Source of the DNA: Mobula hypostoma
Lineage: Eukaryota
Direction: 5' to 3'
DNA length: 64,000 nucleotides
Assembly (NCBI RefSeq): GCF_963921235.1
Contig: NC_086108.1
Location: forward strand, 111,602,001 to 111,666,000
Numbering within the stretch: position 1 is the first letter of the stretch; each line of letters opens with the position of its first letter. Positions 38,322 through 50,125 of the stretch are shown piece after piece. The notes under the pieces are model-generated. The model ran no database searches, was not told where the DNA came from, and worked only from the letters and a program-made list of their open reading frames with translations. Made by a program: the position numbers and the translations under genes.

Positions 38322-41197
38322 ATGGAGATTGAGGAGTTTATAAAGGCGCCGACCTTGGAGGCATTAGAGGATGCCAAGGAAGCGAATTGGCAGATGTGGC
38401 CAAACGGTTGAATCTTGTTAAGGGGAAGCCGACAATGAGGAGAGAGGAGATACACAGAGCTATCGTAGAGCACTATGTATCTAAAGGTGTGTTTCCCCAA
38501 GGGGAGCTGGAGGTGGTGTCTATTGAAAAACCTGCTGGAGACGCGGTACAGGTGCAGCTTGAAAAACTGAGACTCGAGCACGAGTTCCGGGTACGGCAGT
38601 TAGAACACGAAGAGAAAGAGAGGCAATGGGAGCAAGAAGAGAAAGAGAGAGGCAAAGGGAAAGGGAATTTGAGCTGGAGAAGTTAAAGATAAGGGCCGAG
38701 CAGGGGCCCGTGCCGGACCAAGGTGGAGGGTTCCGGGCGACCCAGGAGGTTAGGCTGGTTCCCCCATTTGACGATACCGACGTGGATCGGTACTTACTCC
38801 ATTTCAAAAAAGTTGCTACAAGTCAGGACTGGCCGAGGGATAAGTGGGCTGTTTTGCTTCAGAGTGTACTGAAAGGGAAAGCCCAACAAGCTTACTCAGC
38901 TTTCTCCGCGGAAGATGCCCAGAGGTATGAGGTGGTGAAAGAGGCCATCCTCAGGATTTATGAGTTGGTCCCGGAGGCATACCGGCAGAGGTTCCGGAAT
39001 GCGAGGAAGCGGTGGGACCGCACGTATTTAGAGTTTGTCCATGAGATGCAGACATATTGTGAGCGTTGGTGCGCCTCGAAGGGGGTAGATGGGGATTATG
39101 ACAGACTGCTACAGCTGATCCTGATTGAGCAGTTTAAAGGTTGTGTCCCTGAGGGTATGAGACCCTACCTCGATGAGAAAGAGGCAGCCACGTTAGCCGC
39201 AACTGCTAAATTAGCGGATGAGTATGCGTTGACGCATAAAATGAAGTTTGCCCCGAGTAAAGGCTACCAGAAGGGTAGTCAGGACGGCGGGGAGAGTCCG
39301 CCAGAAAAGTCAGAAAGTAAGCCGGGGACTAGTGAAAAGGATAAGGTAGACCGGGAGCAGTCTGGTAGGAAGTCTCCTGGGGTCGTCTGTTATAATTGTG
39401 GGAAAGTCGGACACTTTGCGTCCAGGTGCTTTGCCCCAAAGAAGGAGACGGGAAAAGGAAAAATGGCGATTTTGACTGGCTGTATCGAGCTGGTAAACGA
39501 ACCGCTAGGAGAGGAAAGGTCTGCCAAAGTTTAGGAAGGGCGCGAGAGGTTTATCTCGGCCGGATTGGTGTCAGTGAAGGAGGGATTAAACCCAGTTCCA
39601 GTGCGGATCTGGAGAGACACGGGAGCGTGTCAGTCATTGATATTGAAGAGTGTATTAGAGTTTAGCTCAGAGACCCAGACTGGGGAGGTCAAGGTCAAAG
39701 GTATTGGGGAAGGGACAGAGGCAGTCCCTTTGCACCAGATACACCTACAAAACAACCTGGTCTCCGGACTAGTCACGATCGGGGTGAGGCCCGAATTACC
39801 AATGAAAGGCGTGGAGGTCTTGCTCGGTAATGACCTCGCCGGGGGAATCGTGTTCCCAGCCGTGAGATTGACAGGTCAGCCTGCCAGCATTGAGGCCCTG
39901 CCCATGGACTCACAGGTTCATCCCGGGACTGCCGAAGTAAGTTTAGCTGAGACGTACCAGGAGGAGGTAGAAAGTGAAAAGGAGTGTAGTGAGACAAGAG
40001 GTAGTGAGGGAGCTGAGACAGACTTAGCATTAGCCAGGAAGGAATTTGTGCAGGCGCAGGAGCGAGAGGAGGGGCTGATGGTTTTGGCGGAGACAGCTCT
40101 CTCTGACGCAGAATTAAGAAGGGAGCCAGTAGGCTATTGTGTGGAGGAGGAAGTGCTAAGGAGGAAAGGGAGACCAAGTACCGTACCCGCAGATGAGGAA
40201 TAGGGGGTGGTGCAAAAGAGTTATGGGGATGAGATTTTTAACCTGGCCCACAAGGTACCCCTCGGTGGACATTTTGAGGTGCTGGAGGAAACAGTTGGTG
40301 GAATCATGAAAGAGGTTTACCGGCTGCACAGGAGGAAGGATGTTATTGATTATGGCAGACGCGAACTGAGACGGTCACAGGCTTTTGATATGCTAACAAA
40401 CCTAGTCGGTGTTAGCGCAGAAATCAATGAAGCTAAGGTCCCCCGATAAGAAAAAAAACATTTTGAAAAGATGAGTATGGTATCGACCAGATGGGAGAAG
40501 GCTATTGTTTTGGCCAGCTCTGCTGATAAGGTCTCTCCCTTAATCCCCGAACAAAGCGACTCTTTAGGAGAAGTAATTAAACGACTCGCACACGTGTGTT
40601 TGATTGTCCCGAGGCGATGCAAAGAACTGGGACGTTGGGTGGTGTTTGTTACGCTAGGTCAGCCTAGTGAGCAAATCCCTATAGAATGAGTAATTCAGTG
40701 ACGAAAGGGCTAATGAACACAGAGGTGTGTATTGGCGATGTAATACAGCTGTCTGAAGCCAGCTTGATAGTGAACCTTGAAAAAAATGAGTTCGGCCATG
40801 CGAAGGTCACTTACCTGGGAATTGTGGTGACACGGGCAGCTGGCAGCGATGCAAGCTACAGTGCAGGCTATCGCTGACATCCCAACCCCGACAGACAAGA
40901 GGGCCCTCAGAAGGCTCTTGGAGATGGTGGGGTACTGTAGGAAGTTTTGCAATAACTCTGCGGTTACTACCCCTCCCCCTCCTGCTAAGCCCTTGCGAGA
41001 GAAAACTAAGTCGGAATGGAACGACCCTTGTTATTGTGGTCCGGGATGAAACCCAATGAGAGGTTACATTGATCGCAGTTCATCAGTGTTTTTGGCCACT
41101 ATGAAGTTTGCTAAATTGGAGCCTGGGTTGAGGGATTATTAATAACACATATAAAAGGAACAGAAAATGTGATGGCTGACTGTCTGTCAGGTGTTGA
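38322..41197 (+). pseudogene. Disrupted gag-pro-(remnant IN/RT/RH) polyprotein of the LTR element
   Basis: Gmr1-type gag (YELVPEAYRQRFR, SCAN-like LILIEQF), zinc knuckle CYNCGKVGHFASRC, protease RDTGA, integrase N-term LAH..PLGGH, RT remnants (VTYLG; RRLLEMVGYCRKF), RNase H tail HIKGTENVMADCLS; frameshifts near 38378 and 38650 and several in-frame stops. Confidence 0.88.
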
Positions 41198-41314
41198 CAA
41201 CTTCAAACTCGCTGTATTAGCCAAATAGCTGATAAAGATGTATATTTGTGTGTATCAAATAATGTATTCATGTTTGTAATTTTTACCCCGGTAAAAATCC
41301 TTAAAGGTGAGAGG

Positions 41315-42199
41315 TGTGACAAGAATACACATAGATTAAGATGTTAGCTGTCCTGTGCTGGCACCAGCGGGATCAGCAGTTGGTCTGCCACCTGTCTTCA
41401 GGAGAAAGAGAGATAAGGAAAACAATGGAGCAGCATTTGGAGATGTTAATGAAGGGACGGGAGAGTTTAACGGAAGGAGAGCTGTCAAGAGCGGCCCCCC
41501 CTTTGAACCCTGAACTGTTTGAAGTGATGGACAGGCGATACTCCAGCAGGGGGATAAAAAGGGACAGGTTCACTAAGGCAAGACACACACGACACCCCGA
41601 GGTAACAAGACCCTGGAAGCGGTGCCTCTCCCACAAGTCGGTGGGAAGTTTTGGAGGGCTGGTCGCGACCAAGCCATAAACCCACGGGGTGGAAAGGCAC
41701 GATCGGCGGGAACCTGGTGTATGTCCGCCCTTGCCTGGGTGCCAGGTTCACCGCAGAGAAACGATCGTATCTGGAAACGGAGGGGTCACGGTCGGTGACC
41801 TCAGAAGACATCACAAAGGGCTCACCCGAAAGCTGACTGCGAAGAATATCGAAGGTCTGTGTGGAAGCCGTTTGAATATTCATTCGTTTTTGCTCTCTCT
41901 CTCCTTCCCCCCACTGTCCATCTCCCACGGCAGTGATTACTGTGAACTGAACTGAACTTTGCGTCACTTTGAAACTGGTCATTTACCCCTAGACGACAAT
42001 AGAGCTTGATTGATCCTGTTATCCTAATTCTGTGTACATGTGTGTTTATCATTGCTGAACTGTTGCATTTATTATCCTTTTGCTTAGAGTACTGTGTTGC
42101 TTGTTTCTTTAATAAAACTTCCTTAGTTCTAGTAATCCAGACTCCAACTGAGTGATCCATTTCTGCTGGTTTGGCAACCCAGTTACGGGGTACGTAACA
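41315..42199 (+). repeat. 3' LTR
   Basis: TGTGAC...GTAACA; roughly 25 differences from the 5' LTR by eye, many at CpG. Confidence 0.95.
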
Positions 42200-44100
42200 A
42201 GTGAGACTCATAGCAAGGAGAAGCTGATGATGGGACAGAATTGTAGTCAACAGGATGAGTTACACATAAAAGCTGGAAAAAACTGAAAAGGGTGAATGCA
42301 GGACTGAAGGTGATATATTTGAATGTGCGCAGTATATGGAATAAGGTAGATGAACTTGTTGCACAATTACAGATTGGCAGGCATGATGTTGTAGGCATTA
42401 TTGGAGATGGCTGAAAGTAGGTTATAGCTTGGAGCTTAATGTCCAAGGAGGTATATTGTATCAAAAGGATAGAAAGGATCAAAAGGATAGGGGGCAGTAT
42501 TCTCTTTTGGTAAAAATAAAATCAAATTAGAAAGAGGTGACATAGGTTCAGAAGGTACTGGATTGTGGATAGAGGCAAGGTACCACAAAGGTAAAAAGAC
42601 CCTGTTCGGAGTTGTACACAGACAACCAACCAGTAGCAAGGATGTGGTCTACATATTACAATTGACAGAGAATGCACCCCAAAAGGGCAATGTTACAATA
42701 GTCAAAGGGGGACTTCAATATGAAGGCAGATTGGGAAAAATCAGGTTGGTGCTAGATTACAGGAGAGGGAATTTCTAGGCAACACTCACAACACGCTGGA
42801 GGAACTCATCAGATCAGGCAACATCCATGGAAACGATCAGTCAACGTTTCGGGCCGGAACCCTTCTTCAAGACTGAAGAGGGAAGGGGCAGAGGCCCTCT
42901 AGAGTGCCAATGAGATGCTTTTTAAAGCAGCTCATGGTTGAGCCCACAAGGGGATCAGCTACTCTGGAATGCGTGTACCAGAATTGATTAGAGATTTTAA
43001 GGTAAAAGAACTCTTAGAGAAAGTGATCAGAATATCAAATTCACCCTGAAATTTGAGAAGCTAAAGTCAGAATCAAGAGAATTCAAAGCCAACATAAAAG
43101 CCAAAGAGGGCATATAATAGAACAAAACTTAGTGGGAAGTTAGAGGATTGGGAAGCTTTTAAAAAACCAACAGAAGGAAACTAAAAAGTCATCCATACAA
43201 GATGGAATATGAATACAAGCTTGCCAATATTAAAGAGGATACCAAAAGTTTCTTCAGATACAAAGTGTAAAAGAGGCAAGTGTGAATATTGGACCACTGG
43301 AAAACTATGTTAGAAAGGTAGTAATGGGAGACAATGAAGTGGCAGATGAACCAAGTATTTTGCATTAGTCTTCACTGCGGAAGACACTAGCAGTATGGTG
43401 GAAGTTCCAGGTGTCAGGGGTTATGAAGTGTGTGAAGTTACCATTACTAGAGAGAAAGTTCTTGGGAAATTGAAAGGTCTGAAGGTAGTCAAGTCATCTG
43501 GACCAGATGCTGTACACTCCAGAGTTCTGAAAATGATGGCCAAAAAGATCATGGAGGCATTAGTAATGATCTTTCAAGAATCATTAGATTCTGGAAGATT
43601 GGAAAATTGCAAATGACACTCCACTCAAGGGAGAGAGGCAGAAGAAAGGAAACTATATTCCATTTATCTGACCTCAGTGGTTGGGAAGATGTTAGAGTTG
43701 ATTATTAAGAATGTGGTTTTAGGGTACATGATAAAATAAGCCATAGTCAGCATGGTGTCCTCAAGGGAAAATCTTGCCTGACAAATTGTTGGAATTCTTT
43801 AAAATAGCAAGTAGGATAATTAATTGAGAATAGGCTGATGTTGTGCACATGGATTTTCAGAAGGCCTTTGACAAGGCGCTACACATGAGGCTACTTAACA
43901 AGCTACGAGCCCATGGTATTACAGGAAAGATTCTAGCATGGATAAAGCGGTGGCTGATTGGCAGGCGGCAGAGTGGGAATAAAAGGAAGTATTTTGTGGT
44001 TGGCTGCCAGTGACTAGTGGTGTTCCAAAGGGGTTGATGTTGGGACTGAATCTATTGTAGTCGGTGCTCCGGATGCAGTTTCCTCTGCCTTGGTGAAACC

Positions 44101-44219
44101 AGATGTAGATGGGGGGGGGGGGGGGAGAAAAAAAAGGGGATGGAGAGAGGGAGGGATGTAGATGGGGGGGAGAAAAAAAAGGAGGGAGAGAGGGATGTAG
44201 ATGGGGAGGAAAAAAGGGG

Positions 44220-44265
<46 letters not shown>

Positions 44266-44290
44266 CACACACACACAGGAGAAAAAAAAA
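44101..44290. repeat. Purine-rich low-complexity tract plus compound (GA)n(GACA)n(CA)n microsatellite
   Basis: Directly visible; three GATGTAGATGGGG units. Confidence 0.9.
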
Positions 44291-44419
44291 TCAGTTGAGC
44301 ATCTCTGCTCCATCCACAAAATACAGGACTTCCCAGTGGCCATTCATTTTAATTCCCATCCCAACATTAGTCCATGGCCTCCTCTACTGTCACAAGATCC
44401 TTCTCAGGTTGGAGGTGCA

Positions 44420-44965
44420 ACACCAAAGATCCTTATGAAGGATTGAGCATCATCTGAAAGGACAGATGGCCCAACAGCAGCAACTGGAGGAGCCGACAAG
44501 AACAGCATCTCATATACAACACCAACTCCGATGGACAAGTCACGTCACCTGGATGCCTAACTCACGTCTCCCCAAGCAGATTCTTTACTCCCAGTTGAAG
44601 GTCAGTCAGTGAGTCCCTGGTGGGCAAAGGAAACACTTCAAAGATGACATCAAAATCAGCCTGAAGAAATTCTACATTACATCTGAAAACAGGGAAGACA
44701 TCACACTCAGATACACCTGGAGGAATCTGTTCCAGAGGGAGCCGTGCTACTTGAGACTGACTTCCACTATGCCACAGAGAACAAGCGGCAGCTGTGAAAG
44801 GAGAGACCAAACAACCAAAAGACCCAACCACAGACAACACTTCCTCTCGCCCACGCTGCACCAGAACACGTGAATCCCGGACCAGCCTCTACAGCCACCC
44901 AAGGACCCACCAATTGACAACCCCTCCAGGAGAGCATCATACTAGACTCGAGTAACTGCATTACT
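44420..44965 (+). mobile_element. RTE-clade LINE 3' fragment
   Basis: HQLRWTSHVTWMPNSRLPKQILYSQL...GGQRKHFKDDIK, typical RTE C-terminus. Confidence 0.75.
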
Positions 44966-45179
44966 GCTAGTTTCCTCTAATAATCTTATGTCCCTTCATA
45001 TTAACCTTTCCACCATGGGAAAGTGTCTCTGGTTGTCCACTCGATCCATGCCTCTCATCTTGCACACCTCTATCAAGTCACCCCTCATCTTCCAAAGAGA
45101 AAAGTACTCTAGACACTAAGTGGCTTTCCATCACCACACCATTAGGCTGACCCCTACCCATGCACCCCCCCCCCCTCAC

Positions 45180-45329
45180 CTTGGCTTCGATCTCCATTTT
45201 CAGAATAGATCCAGTAATGGTCAGGAGGTCGCTCACAATGATCAGAAGGTACCAACCATTCAGGAACTCCAAGCGGTCGCTCCACGTCACCTGCTTATTG
45301 TAGTGCAGCGAGAAAAACTGGGCAAACTC
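45180..45329 (-). CDS. MCOLN3: Mucolipin-3-like exon (S3 helix)
   Basis: cag|...|gtgagg, 150 bp; EFAQFFSLHYNKQVTWSDRLEFLNGWYLLIIVSDLLTITGSILKMEIEAK. Confidence 0.96.
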
Positions 45330-46209
45330 CTGGAAGGATGCAGCAGAGACAAATCATTGGCCCTGGACCCAACTGGACCGCGCCAACCAAGATGAAACAG
45401 AACATTCCAGCAGCGGACAGGTCCTTCAGCCCAACTAGTCCATGCTGACAGAAACAGAACATAGAAAGGCACAGGTCTTTCAGCCATTGTGCCTACCTTT
45501 TAACCTACTCCAAATCAATCCAACCCTTCCCTCTCACACAGGCATATAGACAGTAGTAAAGTGGAGGTTAGAGTATTAAATGTCCTTAATATATTTTCCT
45601 GTACCACCATCCCTGGCAGCACATTCCACACATCCGCAACTTAAAATCCTACCCAACATTCCCCCCCCCACCAAACTTTCTTCCAATCACATTAAAATTG
45701 TGTCCCTTGCAAAGATGCCCAATCCAAGCTGTTCCCAGTTACAATCCTTTGGTTTGCAACCTTCGGAAGCAGGGGCCTCACAACCTGGGATCCACAGACC
45801 TTTCTGTTAATGGCAGGGGTCCATGGCATAAAAAGTTTGCAAACCTTTCCTAACCCAGTCACCAACCTTTAAAGGCTGGTAACTGGGAAAAGCTCCATAT
45901 CCAAGTACCTATCCAATGGTCTTTATCATTTTACTATGTCTGCCTGACTCTGCCTCTTCCAGCCTGCTCCACACTTCTATCACCCTGAGTGAGCACAGAG
46001 CCTTAATATTAAATCTTTCCCCATCTTCTTAAACCTTTGTCCTATAGTTTTAAATTCCCCAACCCTGGGAGGTGGGAGGAATTGTGTGCATTCACCCTAT
46101 GCCCTTCATGATCAATACACCTCCATAAGATCATCTCAGTCTTCTACCTACTATGGAATAAAGTCCCATCCTGTCCAACCTCTCCTTCAAGTCGTGACAT
46201 CCTCAAATT

Positions 46210-47990
46210 TTTCTGCCTTCTCCCTGCATCCCTTCATACCCTGACCAGTCAAGAATCTACCAACCTTTGGCTTAAATATACCCAAAAGCTTGGCCTCCAT
46301 AGCTGCCTGTGGCAATGAATTTCAGATTCACCACTCTCTAGCTAAAGAAATACCTCCTAATCTCCATTCTGAAAGGACACTCCTCTACTCTGAGGCAGCG
46401 TCCTCTGGTCTCATAATCTCCTACCACAGGAAGCATCCTCTCCACATCCACTCTATCAAAGGCTCTCACCATTCGATAGGTTTCAATGAGGTCACCCCTC
46501 ATGCTTCTGGATTTTAGTGAATACAGGCCCAGAGTCAAATTCTTTTCATGTGACAAGCCTTTCAATTCTGCGACCTTTTTGTGACCCTCCTTTGAACCCT
46601 CGAGTTTTAGCACATCTTTGCTAAGGGTCCCAAACCTGCTCACAATGCTCCAAGTGAGGCCTCACACCGCGGTGCTTTACAAATTCTCAACGATACATCC
46701 TTGCTTTTGTATTCTAGTCCCCTTGAAATGAATGCCAACATTGCATTTGTCTTCCTCACAACAGGCTCAATCTGCAAATCAACCTTTAGGGGACACTGCA
46801 CAAAGACTCCCAAGTTTCTTTGCCCCTCAGATTTTTGTATTTTCTCTCAATTAGAAATAGTCAACCTTTTCATTTCTATCAAAGTGCATGACCAAACACT
46901 TCCCCAACACTATTCCATCTGCCATTTCTTTGCCTATTCTCCTAATCTGTTTAAGTCCTTTTGTAACCTCTACTTCAAAACTACCTGCTCCATCTAGCTT
47001 CACAATGTCTGCAAACTTTGCAACAAAACCATCAATTCCATCATCTGAATCATTGACATAATGTAAAAACAAAATACAGTCTCACAGACCCTTGTGGAAC
47101 ACCACTAGTTACTGGGAGCCAGTCAGAAAAGGCTCCTTTATTTGCACTCTGCCTCCTGGCGATCAGCCACTGTTTCATCAATGCTAGAATCCTTTGTAAT
47201 ACCATGGGCTCATAGCTTGTGGAGCAGCCTCATCTAGCACCTTGTCAAAAGGCCTTCTGAAAATCCAAGTACACAACATCAACTGATTCTCCTTTGTCTA
47301 TCCTACCTATTACTTCCTCAAAGAATTCCAACAGATTCATCAGGCAAAATTTTCCCTTTAGAAAAATATGCTGGACAGCCTATTTTGTCATGAGCCTCCA
47401 AATACCCCTGAGACCCCATCCTTAATCCACTCCAACATCTTCCCAACCACTGAAATCAGACTAAATGGCCTATGGTTTGCTTTCTTCTGCCTTTCTCCCT
47501 CCCTTTTTGAAGTGGAGTGACATTTGCAATTTTCCAGTCTTTGGAACCATTCCAGAATCTGGTGATTATTGAACGATTATTACTAACGCCTCCATGATCT
47601 CTTCAGCTACCTCTGGAATGTACACTCTGATCCAGGTGACTTATCCACCTTCAGATCTTTGTTTCCCCAAGAACCTTCTCTCAAATTCTGGTAACTTCAT
47701 GCCCCCGACATCCGAAACTTCCACCATAAACCTAGTGTCTTCCGCAGTGAAGACTAATGCAAAACAGATATTCTGTTTGTCTGCCATTTCCTTACCTCCA
47801 TTACTAATTCTCCAGCAGTCCAATATCCACTCTTGCCTCTTATATCTGAAGAAACTTTTGGTATCCTCTTTAATACTGGCTAGCTTACTTTATTCCATCC
47901 TCACTTTCTTAATGATTTCAGTTGCCTTCTGTTGCTTTTTAAAACCTTCCCAATCCTCCAACTTCCCACTAATTTTTGCCCTATTGTATG
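46210..47990 (-). mobile_element. Decayed CR1 LINE fragment
   Basis: RT-like peptides (GFVAKFAD; LGLYSL..MRGDLIETY). Confidence 0.85.
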
Positions 47991-50015
47991 CTGTTTGGCA
48001 GCATCCTTGTGATCTAGACAGCGTGAAAGCTCAGGGCAAAGACAGATGTGGAATCATTGCCGGCAAGGGGAGGGGATAGGGCCAGTTCTCAGGATAGGGC
48101 AGCACGGTAGCATAGTGGTTAGTTCAATGCTTTATAGTACCAGCGCAGGTTCAGTTCCCACTGCAGTCTAAGGATTGTACATTCTCACTGTACGTTCTCC
48201 CTGTGATCGCATCTGTTTTATCTGGGTACCCCAGTTTCCTCACAGTCCAAAAAAGTACTAGTTGGTAGGTTAATTGGACATTGTAAACTATCCCAAGGCT
48301 AGGCTAGGATTAAATTCAGGGGATTGCGGGGTAGTGCAGTGCAAAAGACTGGAATGGCCTATTCCTTGATATATCTCAATAAACAAATATCCTCTCCATA
48401 GCAAGGCGACCAAACCGGAACACAATACTCCAAGTGCAGCCTCTACAACCCACCCCCTCTGCAATTTCCACACTCAGTGCCCTGATGGATGACGGCCAGT
48501 CTACTGAAAGCCTCCAGCACCCTGACTACCAGTAAAGTAGATGTACACTATTCTACAACACCATCCAGGACCCCTGCTGATCATCTTGATCCTAGGTCTC
48601 AACACCATTCTTCCACCCTCCCCTGGTAACTTGACACATTACAGCATTCACAGAACCACAAGGTCAGATCAGAACCAGGCCCTTCAGCCCATTAAACCTA
48701 TGCTGATGACTACCTATCCCCCTGCCTGCAATAATTCCACATCTGTCTATCCCCTGCTCTTTCAAGCTGTCTAGCTGCACAAGGATGGTACCAGGAATGG
48801 AGGGTTTGAGTTACAAGGAGACCCCGTTTACCCTGGGCAAAGGAGGCTGAGGGGTGATCTTATAAAACCATCAGGTGCCTAGATTAAGGACCGTCACAGT
48901 CCTTTCTGGACCATAGCTCTTCATTCCCCTCCTATCCATGTACACATCCAAACTTAAGTGTTTTAAATCAAACCCATATCCAACACTTCTGCCAGAAGCT
49001 TGTTCTACACTCACCGAGTGAAGATCTCACTTATGTTCCCTTTAAGATATTTCACCTTTCACCCTTAACCCATGACCTCTAGCTCTAGTCTCACTTAACA
49101 TCAGTGGAAAAAGCCTGCTTGCATTTACCCTGTCCATACCCCTCTAATTTTGTTACCTCCATCAAATCTCTCACCGCAGCTCTCTGGTGAAAAATGATGT
49201 CGTATCTGATAAATAGGGGCCGTGGACAATTCTGATTTGATGGAGAATGGATATGAAATCACAGAGGAACATCTGGAGAAATTTCTGAAACGCCTGTCCG
49301 CTGCTGTTGTTACTGTGTGGTCGGGAATCTTTCAGAGGGTAGGCCTCAAAATCCCCGGCCTTGCCTGCTTTTGGCGACTGAGAAAGAGGTCAAATCGCTC
49401 GGACACAGATGGTGCTCAGTACTCTGTGTCGGTGAGCTGACCAGAGCTCGAAGTTTCGGATGACTCAGAGTCGGATTGTGGTCGGCATGGCAGGGAGAGT
49501 TTTTCTTCCCTCTCCCGTCTGCGTGAGATGTGGGACATTTGAGAAACTTTGAACTTTACTGTGCTCATGGACTTCTTCATCAAGTTATGGTATTGTTGCA
49601 CTGTTGTAACTATATGTTATAATTATGTGGTTTTGTCAGTTTTTTCAGTCTTGGTCTGTCCTGTGTTTTGTGATATCACACTGGAGGAAATATTGTATCA
49701 TTTCTTAATGCATGCATTACTAAATGACAATAAAAGGGGACTGCATGTCTTCATAATCAAAAATCTCCTACACTCCAGGGAATAAAGATCTAACCTACTC
49801 AGCCTTTCTCTACAAGAAAATCCCCAAATTAGTAGTAAATCTTCAACTTTCCACCCAACCACCACCCCCATCCATGTCCTGAAACTTCCATTCAAGTGGA
49901 GAGATATTTTAAGTCATCTGGAAATCCAAAGACTTCTGCTGACTCACCGTTTATGCTAGCCACTGATGACGCACAAATAGTTAACAAGGATGATTAAACA
50001 TGACCGGATACATAC

Positions 50016-50125
50016 GTGTTGCAGCCGTATCCCATTCACCACAGACCGTGTACACAGGATCAGCGAGATCACACAAATTCCAACAATAAAGATGTCAAAG
50101 ATCATGGAGTGGGTCATCCTTTGTG
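50016..50125 (-). CDS. MCOLN3: Mucolipin-3-like exon (S2 helix)
   Basis: cag|...|gtatgt, 110 bp; (A)QRMTHSMIFDIFIVGICVISLILCTRSVVNGIRLQH. Confidence 0.94.

Larger units (their letters stand above)
37339..42199 (+). mobile_element. Gypsy LTR retrotransposon, Gmr1-like, internally deleted
   Basis: Two ~885-bp LTRs (TG...CA), 4-bp TSD AGTG (37335-37338, 42200-42203), tRNA-Pro-like PBS after the 5' LTR, purine tract AAAGGTGAGAGG before the 3' LTR; domain order gag-PR-IN-RT-RH. Confidence 0.93.
36200..44050 (+). mobile_element. Long decayed CR1 LINE split by the LTR element
   Basis: ORF1 esterase-like remnant (DSLLRK...CCLPGARIRD) at 36.5-37.3 kb; ORF2 endonuclease start (LKVIYLN.RSI.NKVDEL) resumes ~42300; RT motifs to ~44050; left boundary approximate. 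Confidence 0.8.

Noticed and set aside
38626..39534. Domesticated SCAN or zinc-finger host gene
   Set aside because: Flanked by LTRs, PBS and TSD, and broken by frameshifts and stops
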